From Gemmatimonadales bacterium (lineage in GTDB: Bacteria; Gemmatimonadota; Gemmatimonadetes; Gemmatimonadales; GWC2-71-9): a stretch of 47,183 nt of DNA. The number at the start of each line of letters is the position of its first letter. The first letter of the stretch is position 1. The stretch is taken from NCBI GenBank assembly GCA_036006105.1, contig DASYPZ010000009.1, positions 1 to 47,183 on the forward strand, in the 5' to 3' direction. Positions 1 through 8,308 of the stretch are shown in pieces. The notes under the pieces were generated by a model, which had not been told where the DNA came from, did not search any database, and saw only the letters and a list, made by a program, of their open reading frames with translations. The position numbers were made by a program, and so were the translations under genes.

Positions 1-934
1 GAACCGGGCGCTGCGTACCGACGCCGAAGCGGCATTGGTGTTTCAGCAGGCCCAGACGGCGCTCACCACCACCAACCTGTTCCTTCTGGCACTCCAGGAC
101 GCGGACCTGGTCCGGGTGCGCAACGATGCCATCCGCCGGGCCCAGGAGAAGCTGGCCATCGCCAACGCCAAGCTGGTGACCCGCGCGACCACCATCGCGG
201 ACTCACTGCAGGCGGTGGTGGATCTGACCCGCTCGCGGCTCCAGCTCCTGACCGATCAGCGCAATCTCGCCGACGCGGAGGCCAATCTGGCGCGTCAGGT
301 CGGCGCCGACGGCCGGGTCGCGGCGGTCTCGGACTCCTCGCTGTTCCGGGTCGCCACCATATCGGACACGGCGGCGCTCATGAGCGAGGCCCAGGAGCGC
401 TCGCCGTCGGTGGTGAGCGCGCAGGCGAAGGTCCGCGCGGCCCGCGCCAACGTCGCGATCATCCGGGCGACCTACCTGCCCCGGGTGTCGCTGTCCGCCG
501 GGACGACCTTCAGCGGCTCCGACCGGAGCGACTTTCAGCTGTTCAACGGCCGAAGCGCCAACCTGCAGCTTTCCTGGCCGCTGTTCAATGGATTCGGGCG
601 GGAGCGGGACCTGGTCACCCGGCAGGTGGCGCTGGACGCCGCCGTCTCCCGGGAGGCCGATGCGCGGCGCCAGGCGGGCTCGGCGCTCACCTCGCAGCTG
701 GCCGCGCTCTCCGCGGCGGAGCAGCGGGCCGTGCTGACCGCCCAGAATCTCGAGACGGCCCGGGCCAGCGCGCGGGTGCAGACCGAGCGGTACCGGCTGG
801 GCTCGATCGGCATCGTCGAGCTGAACGCGGCCCAGGATGCCTTGAGCAACGCGGAGACCGACGCGGTGTCGGCACGGTACGACTACCTGCGCGCCAAGGC
901 GCAGATCGAAGCGATCCTGGGGAGGACGCTGTGA
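1..934 (+). CDS. Outer-membrane efflux factor, TolC/OprM family (5' end outside window)
   Basis: The reading frame is open from base 2 with no upstream stop, so the TTG at 35 in the ORF track is not the true start. Ala/Gln/Arg-rich coiled-coil repeats and motifs such as LFNGFGRERD and YDYLRAKAQIEAILG fit the C-terminal half of TolC-family proteins. The stop overlaps the next start (GTGA 931-934), and MFP plus RND genes follow. Confidence 0.85.
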   Translation, partial: NRALRTDAEAALVFQQAQTALTTTNLFLLALQDADLVRVRNDAIRRAQEKLAIANAKLVTRATTIADSLQAVVDLTRSRLQLLTDQRNLADAEANLARQVGADGRVAAVSDSSLFRVATISDTAALMSEAQERSPSVVSAQAKVRAARANVAIIRATYLPRVSLSAGTTFSGSDRSDFQLFNGRSANLQLSWPLFNGFGRERDLVTRQVALDAAVSREADARRQAGSALTSQLAALSAAEQRAVLTAQNLETARASARVQTERYRLGSIGIVELNAAQDALSNAETDAVSARYDYLRAKAQIEAILGRTL

Positions 935-2070
935 AAAGAGGCTACGAGGCGAGGACGCTAAGAAGCTGCGTCGCTCTGGTGGCGGTCCTGACGCTTGGGG
1001 TGAGCTGCAAGGAGAAGGCGGCCGACGCGGCGGCCAAACCCGCCGGCACACCGGACAGCTCGGGCGGATCGACGCTGGCGCTCCCGGTGGTGGGGCAGGA
1101 GGTGCGGAAGGGAGACCTGATTCTCTCGGTGGTCACCACCGGGCAAATCCGCTCCGAGGCCGTGAGCGATCTCAAGAGCGAGACCCAGGGCACCATCACC
1201 GAGGTCCTGGTCCGGCCGGGCGACCGGGTGAAGAAGGGCCAGGCGCTGGTACAGGTGGATCCCCGTCCGCTCGACATGGCGGTGCGCGACGCCGAAGCGC
1301 GACTGGCGCAGGCTCAGCTCCAGCTGCTCGACAACACCATCCCCGATTCGATCGTGACCGGCAAGGCGATCACCGGCGAGCGGCTCAAGAATGCCCAGAT
1401 CCGCTCCGGACTCGACATCCAGCGCGTGGCGCTGGAACAACGCAAGTACGAGCGGGAGCGCGCCACCATCACGGCGCCGTTCGACGGGGTGATGGACGAC
1501 ATCAAGGTCGCGGTGGGGGAGCGGCTCAGCATCGGCCAGGAGATCGGCAAGGTGGTGGACCTCGACCATCTCCGGATCGAGGCGTCGGTGCTGGAGCACG
1601 ATCTCCCGCTGATCCGTGTCGGCGGCCAGGCCATCGTGACCGCGGCCGCCGCGCCCGATCATCCGGTGACCGGGGTCATCGCCGCGATTCTCCCGATCGT
1701 CGACAGCGCCACCCGCGCGGGCCGCGCCGTGGTGCGCGCCGGCGGCGGCGGAGTGCTCCGCCCCGGGATGTATGTCGATGTGCGGATCGAGGCCACCCGG
1801 CTGCCCGATCGGATCATCGTGCCGGCGCGGGCGGTGATCGAGCGCGACGGACGCCCGCTGGTGTTCGTGGTGAAGGACGGCCGGGCCCAGTGGGTCTACA
1901 TCTTCCCGGGCCGCACCAATGGTCTGGATACCGAGGTGCTGCCCGACAGCACCACCGGTCAGATTCCGCTCAAGCCCGGTGACATGGTGCTGATCGAGGG
2001 GCATCTCACGCTCACCCACGATGCGCCGGTGCGGCTCACGCCCAAGGTCGAAGGAAACAGCAAGCCATGA
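931..2070 (+). CDS. RND efflux periplasmic adaptor (membrane fusion protein, HlyD/AcrA family), lipoprotein-type signal
   Basis: GTG start at 931 is preceded by GGAGGA (921-926). N-terminal signal with a Cys (LTLGVSC). Lipoyl-like hairpin motifs (GDRVKKGQALVQVDP ... TITAPFDGVM) and a beta-barrel/MP domain. Sits between an OMF gene and RND genes. Confidence 0.9.
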   Translation: MKRGYEARTLRSCVALVAVLTLGVSCKEKAADAAAKPAGTPDSSGGSTLALPVVGQEVRKGDLILSVVTTGQIRSEAVSDLKSETQGTITEVLVRPGDRVKKGQALVQVDPRPLDMAVRDAEARLAQAQLQLLDNTIPDSIVTGKAITGERLKNAQIRSGLDIQRVALEQRKYERERATITAPFDGVMDDIKVAVGERLSIGQEIGKVVDLDHLRIEASVLEHDLPLIRVGGQAIVTAAAAPDHPVTGVIAAILPIVDSATRAGRAVVRAGGGGVLRPGMYVDVRIEATRLPDRIIVPARAVIERDGRPLVFVVKDGRAQWVYIFPGRTNGLDTEVLPDSTTGQIPLKPGDMVLIEGHLTLTHDAPVRLTPKVEGNSKP

Positions 2071-2080
2071 GCGCCGCCTG

Positions 2081-5000
2081 ATGTCGATCGCGTCCGGCGC
2101 GCTCAAGCGCCCAGTGACCACGGTCGCGCTCACCATGGGATTCGTCCTGCTCGGCGCCGTGTCGCTGGGCCGGCTGCCGGTGTCGCTGCTCCCCGACGTG
2201 TCGCTGCCGGTGCTCACCATCCGCACCGCCTATTCGGGCGCCGCCGCCACCGAAGTGAGCCGGTTCATCGCCGAGCCGATCGAGGAGGCCGTCGCGGCGA
2301 CGCCGGGCCTGGTGGATCTTCGCTCGGTGAGCCGGAACGGCGAGGCGGTGACCACGCTCCGGTTCGGGTGGGGCACCAACATGGCCACCACGGTGCTGCA
2401 GGTTCGGGAGCGGCTCGACAACGCCCGGGCCCAGCTTCCCGACCGGGCCGAGCGGCCCACGCTGCTCACCAGCGATCCGGGCGAGCGGCCCATCGCGGTG
2501 CTCGGCCTCACCGGACCCGGGGACCTGCGCTCGATCGCGCGGACCGCGGCGGACGTCCACGCCCGGCGACTGGAGCAGCTCGCCGGGGTGGCGAGCGTGG
2601 CGGTGGTGGGCGATCCCAAGGACGACATCCGGGTCGAGGTCGATCCGGAGAAGGCCCGCGCGCTGGGGGTGACCCCGGACGACGTGGCGCGCGCGGTCCG
2701 CGAGGCCAATACCGGCGCGCCGGGCGGCACGGTCCGTCGGGGACAGTTCCGGTTCGCGCTCCGGGCGCTGACCGAATTCCAGGGAGTGAACGAGGTGGCG
2801 AGCACGCCGGTGGGCCCGGCGCGGAGCGGCATTACCCTCGCGGACATCGCCACCATCACGCTGGGCAGCGCCGATCCCACCACGATGACCCGGCTGGACG
2901 GCGCGGCCGCCGTGGGCCTGGTGGTCTACAAGGATGCCGGTGCCAATACCGTGGCCGTCACCAACACGATCTACAACACGATCGACGTGCTGACCAAGGA
3001 GTTCCCCGAGGTCAAGATCAAGGTGGTGGCGGCGCAGGCCCAGTTCGTGTCCGACGCGCTGGGCAATCTCTGGCAGGAAATCGTGATCGGCGGCCTGCTC
3101 TCGCTGCTGGTGATCGTGGTCTTCCTGCGGGACTGGCGCGGCTCGATCGCGATCGCGCTGATTATTCCGCTGTCGGTGCTCACCGCGCTGACCATCCTGC
3201 AGGTCCTGAACGTCACCATCAACATTTTGTCCCTGGGCGGCCTGGCGCTGGGCATCGGGCTTCTGGTGGACAACGCGATCGTGGTGGCGGAGGCCGCCGG
3301 ACGGTACAAGGAGCAGGGCCTGTCCGATATGGACGCCGCGACCCGAGCCACCGACGAGGTGGCCGGCCCGCTGATCGCGGGGACCCTCACGACGCTGCTG
3401 GTGTTCGGGCCGATCGTCTTCGTCCGGGGCCTGGCCGCGGCGCTGTTCCGGGATCTGTCGCTGAGCGTGGTGGTGACCCTGACCACGTCGCTGGTGCTGG
3501 CGCTGACCCTGATGCCGGTCATGATGGTGCGGTGGCGGAAGCACGGCGACACGCCCGCGCCTGCCCCCCATCGCTCCCGGCTGACCGACTGGGGCAACCA
3601 CATCGCCGAATGGTACGAGGACGGTGTGAAGTGGAGCCTCAAGCGGCCCGGGACCATCGCCCTGGTGTCGGTGGCGCTCACCGTGGTCACGGTGATCGTG
3701 ACGCTCCGGCTCCCCCGGGAAATCCTTCCCCAGGTGGACGAAGGCACCGCGGTCGCGCAGCTCTCCCTGCCGCAGGGCACGGCCATCGAGGAAACCGCCC
3801 GGCAGACCGGACGGCTCGAAGCCGCCGCCAAGGCGATGGGCAGCAAAGGGATCTACAGCCGGATCGGTCTGGCGACCGACGAGGAGGTCCTGGCCGGCGC
3901 GGACCCCGGTACCAGCGCCACTGCGCAGCTCATTCTTCCGGTGCCCGACGGCCAGGATGCCCAGCGCTTCGCCGAGCGGCTGCGGAGCGCGGTGCCGGAT
4001 CTGGCCAAGGGCGCGCTGGCCATCGACCTCGCGGGCCAGTCGGAGTTCGGGAGTCTGATCGGCCGGGAAGGCCGGCTGGTCCGGGTCGAGGTCACCGCGC
4101 CCAAGCTCGACGAGGCGGCGCGCTGGGCCGACTCGGTGCGCCGGCTCATCGCGCCGCTCAAGACCCTCGCCGATGTGCGCGATGCCTTCAGCAGCACCCA
4201 GCCCACGGTCGAGGTGACGCTGGAACGCCAGCGCATCGCCGAGTTCGGGCTGACGGTCGAATCGGTGGCCAACGCCCTGGCCGGCGGTCTGGGCGGCGTG
4301 GCGTCGGGCGAATTCCGGGAGACCGACCGGCGCACTCCGATCACCGTCCGCCTGGCCGGCAACGCCAATGAGGACCTGGCCACCGCGCTGCTGACCCAGG
4401 TCCGGGGCATCCCGGTCGGTCAGCTGGTGACGGTGCGGGAGATCCGCGCGCCGGTCGAGGTGGTGCGCATCAATCAGCGACCGGTGAGCGTGGTGGAGGC
4501 GGTCGTAGAGCGGGGCGGCACCGCGCGGGCCACCGACGACGTCACCCGGGCGCTGGCGGGCCTCAAGCCGCCCGCGGGCGTGTCCTGGCAGATCGCCGGC
4601 GCGGACGCCGAGCAGCAGCGCACCACGAGCGAGCTCGGCATGGTGGCCATCCTGTCGGTGGCGCTGGTGTTCCTGGTCCTGGCGGGCGAGTTCGCCTCCT
4701 TCACGATTCCGCTGCTGGTGATGCTCACCGTGCCGCTCGCGGCCGTCGGCGGCATCCTGTTCCTGTGGATGACGGGCCAGAGCCTCAACGCCGTTTCGCT
4801 GATCGGCATCGTGGTGATGATCGGCATGGCGGACAACGAGGCGGTGGTCAAGCTCGACGCGATCCGCCGGTTCCGGGAACAGGGGTTCAGCATCGAGGAC
4901 GCGGTGCTGATGGGGGGCCGCCAGCGGCTCCGCGCCATTGCGATGACGTCGATCACCACCGTCACCGGCGTGCTTCCGCTGGTGTTCGGATGGGGCAGCG

Positions 5001-5206
5001 GCGGCAAGCTCTATCAGCCGCTCGCCGCCGGGGTGATCGGGGGCAGCGTCTCGGCGCTGGCGGTGACGTTCTTCCTGCTTCCGTCGGCGTACGCGTGGAT
5101 GGAAAGACGCAAAGAGGCTAAGAGGCTAAGGCGCGAAGACGCTATGGAACCACCCAGCGTCCTGGCGTCTTTGCGTCCGAGCCTCCCCGAGGAGCCCCAC
5201 GCATGA
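2081..5206 (+). CDS. RND efflux permease 1 (AcrB/CzcA superfamily)
   Basis: About 1040 aa with 12-TM RND architecture and two large periplasmic loops. N-terminus MSIASGALKRPVTTVALTMGFVLLG is typical. ATG at 2081 is chosen because the ORF-track start at 2021 overlaps the MFP gene. Stop overlaps the next start (ATGA 5203-5206). Confidence 0.92.
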   Translation: MSIASGALKRPVTTVALTMGFVLLGAVSLGRLPVSLLPDVSLPVLTIRTAYSGAAATEVSRFIAEPIEEAVAATPGLVDLRSVSRNGEAVTTLRFGWGTNMATTVLQVRERLDNARAQLPDRAERPTLLTSDPGERPIAVLGLTGPGDLRSIARTAADVHARRLEQLAGVASVAVVGDPKDDIRVEVDPEKARALGVTPDDVARAVREANTGAPGGTVRRGQFRFALRALTEFQGVNEVASTPVGPARSGITLADIATITLGSADPTTMTRLDGAAAVGLVVYKDAGANTVAVTNTIYNTIDVLTKEFPEVKIKVVAAQAQFVSDALGNLWQEIVIGGLLSLLVIVVFLRDWRGSIAIALIIPLSVLTALTILQVLNVTINILSLGGLALGIGLLVDNAIVVAEAAGRYKEQGLSDMDAATRATDEVAGPLIAGTLTTLLVFGPIVFVRGLAAALFRDLSLSVVVTLTTSLVLALTLMPVMMVRWRKHGDTPAPAPHRSRLTDWGNHIAEWYEDGVKWSLKRPGTIALVSVALTVVTVIVTLRLPREILPQVDEGTAVAQLSLPQGTAIEETARQTGRLEAAAKAMGSKGIYSRIGLATDEEVLAGADPGTSATAQLILPVPDGQDAQRFAERLRSAVPDLAKGALAIDLAGQSEFGSLIGREGRLVRVEVTAPKLDEAARWADSVRRLIAPLKTLADVRDAFSSTQPTVEVTLERQRIAEFGLTVESVANALAGGLGGVASGEFRETDRRTPITVRLAGNANEDLATALLTQVRGIPVGQLVTVREIRAPVEVVRINQRPVSVVEAVVERGGTARATDDVTRALAGLKPPAGVSWQIAGADAEQQRTTSELGMVAILSVALVFLVLAGEFASFTIPLLVMLTVPLAAVGGILFLWMTGQSLNAVSLIGIVVMIGMADNEAVVKLDAIRRFREQGFSIEDAVLMGGRQRLRAIAMTSITTVTGVLPLVFGWGSGGKLYQPLAAGVIGGSVSALAVTFFLLPSAYAWMERRKEAKRLRREDAMEPPSVLASLRPSLPEEPHA

Positions 5207-8200
5207 TCCGCTGGGCCACCACGCGACCCGCCGTCATCTGGGCTTTCGGTGGCGCGCTGATCCTGGCCGGGGGACTCGCCTTCGCCCGGCTGCCCCTGGC
5301 CACCAAGACCAGCGTCGAGCTGCCCCGGCTCTCGGTCACCGCCAACTGGTACGGGGCCTCGGCCGAGCTGCTGGAGACGTTCGTCACCTCCCCGGTCGAG
5401 GAGGCGATCCAGGGGGTCCGGGGGGTGAAGAAGGTCAGTAGCACCTCGAATGGAGACCAGGGCAGCGCCAACATCACCGTCGAGCTGGAGCCGACCGCCG
5501 ACGTCCAGCTCACCCGGCTCGCGATTCACGAGCGGCTGCAGCTGCTCCGGGCGGACAGTCTGCTGCCGGAGGGTGCCACGGCGCCCACGGTATCCAACTA
5601 CGTCCCCGAGGATCTCGACGAGCAGCCGCTGCTGCAGTACTCGCTGGCCGGTCCCTACACGCCTGGCACCCTGAGCAAGCTGGCCAACGACCAGCTCAAG
5701 CCGCGACTCACCTCGATACCGGGTGTGTCCAGCGTCATTCCGTTTGGCGTAGCCGAGCTCGGCGTGTCGGTATCGTACGACGTGCAGCGGCTGCGCCAGC
5801 TGGCCATCTCCCCGACCCTTCTCTACGCAGCGCTGGCCGGGGCCCGGATGGTCCAGTCGCTCGGCGAGGAGCACGACGGGATCAGCGTGAAGAACGTGGT
5901 GCTGCGGGACCAGCCCCACGCCTACCAGGACCTGGAGGATCTGCCGGTCCGGGCGCCCAGCGGCCGGGTGTTCCGGCTGGGTGAGCTGGCGTCGGTGCGG
6001 CCCGACGAAGACGCCCAGGGGCGCTTTTCCCGGCTCAACGGCGTGCCGGCCGTCGGCCTCGACATCACCCGCCTTCCGGGGGCGGACGCCATCCAGACCG
6101 CGGCGCGGGTGCGCGCCGCGGTGGCGGACCTGGCGCCCTATCTGCCGCAGGGCGTCACCATGCGGCTCGAGTCGGACGAAAGCGTCGAGCTGCGCAAGCA
6201 GCTCCACGACCTGGTGGTCCGCGGCGCCATCGCTTTCCTGGCGGTGACCATCGTGCTGCTCATCGGGATGCGCCGGATCCGGCCGGTGCTGCTGGTCATG
6301 GGCAGCGCCGCGATCGCGATCGCGGGAACCGCGCTCGGCCTCTACCTGCTGCATATCCCGGCCAACCTGCTGACGCTCGCGGGGCTGGGCATGGGGATCG
6401 GCATCCTGGTGCAGGACGGTGTCGTGGTGGTGGACCGGCTGCGCCGGGTTCCTAACACGCCGGAGGCCCGGGCCGCCGCGGGCAGCCGCATTTCCCGCGC
6501 GGTGGTGGGATCGACCCTGACCACCGTCGTGGTGCTGTTCCCCTTCCTGTATCTGCAGGGAAACGCCCGGGCCGCGTTCGTCCCCTTTGCGGCGGCGTTC
6601 GCGCTGGCGCTGCTCTGGTCGGTGTTTTCCTCGGTGATCATGATCCCCTCGGTCGGCGTCGGCGGGGGGGCGGAGGCGTCCTGGCCCCGGCTGGAGCGGT
6701 TCTACCTCGCCACCCTGGCGCCGCTGCTGCGCTGGCGCCGCATCACCATCTCGCTGGTGGTGGCGCTGCTCGCGCTGGTGGGCTGGGGGTTCGTGAAGCG
6801 GGTGCCGAAGTCCTCGTTCGGGAACTGGTACGGGCAACAGACCACGCTCACGGTCGGGCTCAACTTTCCCCGCGGCTCCGACCCCGAGAGCCTGGACCGG
6901 AGCATGGCGGAGTTCGAGCGGATCGCGGTGGGCCGCGAAGGGGTGGAGCGGGTCGAGGCGCGGGGCTTCGGGTCCAACGCCAGAGTCGTGGTGACGTTCA
7001 CCAAGGCGTACGCCCTCAGCGCCCTGCCCCTCCAGATGCAGGAGGAAATGACCGAGCGCGCGGTCCTGGTCGGCGGGGCGTCGGTCAATGTGTATGGCCG
7101 CGGTCCCGGATTCTTCAACGGCGGCGGCAGCGCGTCGGTCGCGTTCCGGATCAAGCTGCTGGGCTATTCCTTCAGCGGGGTCGAGCGCCTGGCCAAGGAC
7201 CTCAAGCAGCGACTCGAAGGCATCTCGCGAGTGCGCAACGTGAACATCAACGCCGCGAGCTACTTCGGCTCGGAGCGCGCGGTGAGCGTGATCCTCACCC
7301 CCGATCGCGAGGCCCTGGCGCGGGTCGGACTCACGTCCCGCGACTTTGCCTCGGCCATCGCCCGGGAAGTCCGGGGCGCCGTGGGGGGACAGCGGCTGGA
7401 GTTCGACGGGGAGGAGATCCTGGTCTCGCTCAAGGCCACCGGCTCCCGGGAACGCTCGCTCGATGAGCTGCGCAGCGCGCTGGTTCCGAACGCGACCGGC
7501 TCGCCGGTGCGGATCGGCGACCTGGCCCAGGTGAGCGAGCGGGAGGGGCTGGGCACGATCCAGCGCGAGGACCAGCAGTATCTCCGGGTCGTGGCCTACG
7601 ATTTCCGGGGGCCCGCCAAGCTGGCCAATCGTACCCACGAGGCGTTCATGAAGTCGATCTCGCCGCCGGCGGGATACTCGGTCGGCGATCAACAGTTCAG
7701 CTGGGAGGAAGACGAGAGCACCAAGGGACTCTGGCTGGTGTTTGCCGCGGGGGTGACGCTGGTGATCCTGGCGGTCGCGATCGTCTTCAATTCGGTGTGG
7801 GCCACCTCGATGGTGTTCTTCTCGCTGCCGCTCTGCCTGTCCGGGGTCGGTGCGGTTTTCTGGGGCACCGGCACCTCGTTCAGCCGAGAGGCCGCCGTGG
7901 GCGTGATCCTGGTGGTGGGGCTCGCGGTGCACCAGGCGATCCTGCTGGTCGATGCCGCGCTGGAGAAGCGTCGGGAGGGCGGGAAGACGGGAGGACGGGA
8001 GGATCTTTCCGCCGTCCCGTCGTCCCGCCATCCCGTCGGTCTCTCGATCGACGACGTCCTTTCCGCCGCCGCCGACCGTGCCGGCATGATCATGCTGGTG
8101 ACCCTCACCACCCTCGCCAGCCTGATCCCGCTGGCGCTGGGCGCCGACAACGACAGCCTGTTCAGCTCGATCGCGCTGGCGACGGCCGGCGGCACCGTCG

Positions 8201-8283
8201 CCGGTACGATCGGAGCCCTGTGGGTGGTGCCGGCCTATCTGGTGGGGCGGCGCTCCAGGAAGGCCGCGATCGTCGCGGCCTGA
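5203..8283 (+). CDS. RND efflux permease 2 (AcrB/CzcA superfamily paralogue) with a repeat-derived loop insertion
   Basis: 1026 aa with typical RND N-terminus (MIRWATTRPAVIWAFGGALILAGGLAF) and 12-TM layout. ATGA overlap with permease 1. Relative to permease 1 it carries about 19 extra residues (GKTGGREDLSAVPSSRHPV). Confidence 0.9.
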   Translation: MIRWATTRPAVIWAFGGALILAGGLAFARLPLATKTSVELPRLSVTANWYGASAELLETFVTSPVEEAIQGVRGVKKVSSTSNGDQGSANITVELEPTADVQLTRLAIHERLQLLRADSLLPEGATAPTVSNYVPEDLDEQPLLQYSLAGPYTPGTLSKLANDQLKPRLTSIPGVSSVIPFGVAELGVSVSYDVQRLRQLAISPTLLYAALAGARMVQSLGEEHDGISVKNVVLRDQPHAYQDLEDLPVRAPSGRVFRLGELASVRPDEDAQGRFSRLNGVPAVGLDITRLPGADAIQTAARVRAAVADLAPYLPQGVTMRLESDESVELRKQLHDLVVRGAIAFLAVTIVLLIGMRRIRPVLLVMGSAAIAIAGTALGLYLLHIPANLLTLAGLGMGIGILVQDGVVVVDRLRRVPNTPEARAAAGSRISRAVVGSTLTTVVVLFPFLYLQGNARAAFVPFAAAFALALLWSVFSSVIMIPSVGVGGGAEASWPRLERFYLATLAPLLRWRRITISLVVALLALVGWGFVKRVPKSSFGNWYGQQTTLTVGLNFPRGSDPESLDRSMAEFERIAVGREGVERVEARGFGSNARVVVTFTKAYALSALPLQMQEEMTERAVLVGGASVNVYGRGPGFFNGGGSASVAFRIKLLGYSFSGVERLAKDLKQRLEGISRVRNVNINAASYFGSERAVSVILTPDREALARVGLTSRDFASAIAREVRGAVGGQRLEFDGEEILVSLKATGSRERSLDELRSALVPNATGSPVRIGDLAQVSEREGLGTIQREDQQYLRVVAYDFRGPAKLANRTHEAFMKSISPPAGYSVGDQQFSWEEDESTKGLWLVFAAGVTLVILAVAIVFNSVWATSMVFFSLPLCLSGVGAVFWGTGTSFSREAAVGVILVVGLAVHQAILLVDAALEKRREGGKTGGREDLSAVPSSRHPVGLSIDDVLSAAADRAGMIMLVTLTTLASLIPLALGADNDSLFSSIALATAGGTVAGTIGALWVVPAYLVGRRSRKAAIVAA
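7972..8037 (+). repeat. Imperfect inverted array of 8-nt tandem units inside the RND-2 coding sequence: (CGGGARGR)x4, 8-nt spacer, (YCRTCCCG)x3
   Basis: Read directly: cgggaggg cgggaaga cgggagga cgggagga | tctttccg | ccgtcccg tcgtcccg ccatcccg. Five GGG runs at 7973-7999 are followed by three CCC runs at 8016-8034. GACGGGA (7994-8000) pairs perfectly with TCCCGTC (8015-8021). Confidence 0.8.
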
Positions 8284-8308
8284 GCCGCGCGCCGAGCGCG
8301 CCGGTCGT

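Noticed and set aside
958-3601. 422-aa and 521-aa ORFs antisense to the MFP and RND-1 genes, plus the 667-aa out-of-frame ORF at 2368-4371
   Set aside because: Arg/Gly/Pro/His-rich translations with no motifs, fully nested in or opposite to confidently assigned genes.
5014-8031. 1005-aa ORF on the minus strand, antisense to RND permease 2
   Set aside because: The translation is an Arg/Gly/Pro/His/Asp-rich low-complexity string with no motif. It mirrors a well-supported RND gene. Long antisense ORFs are expected in DNA this GC-rich because stop codons are rare.
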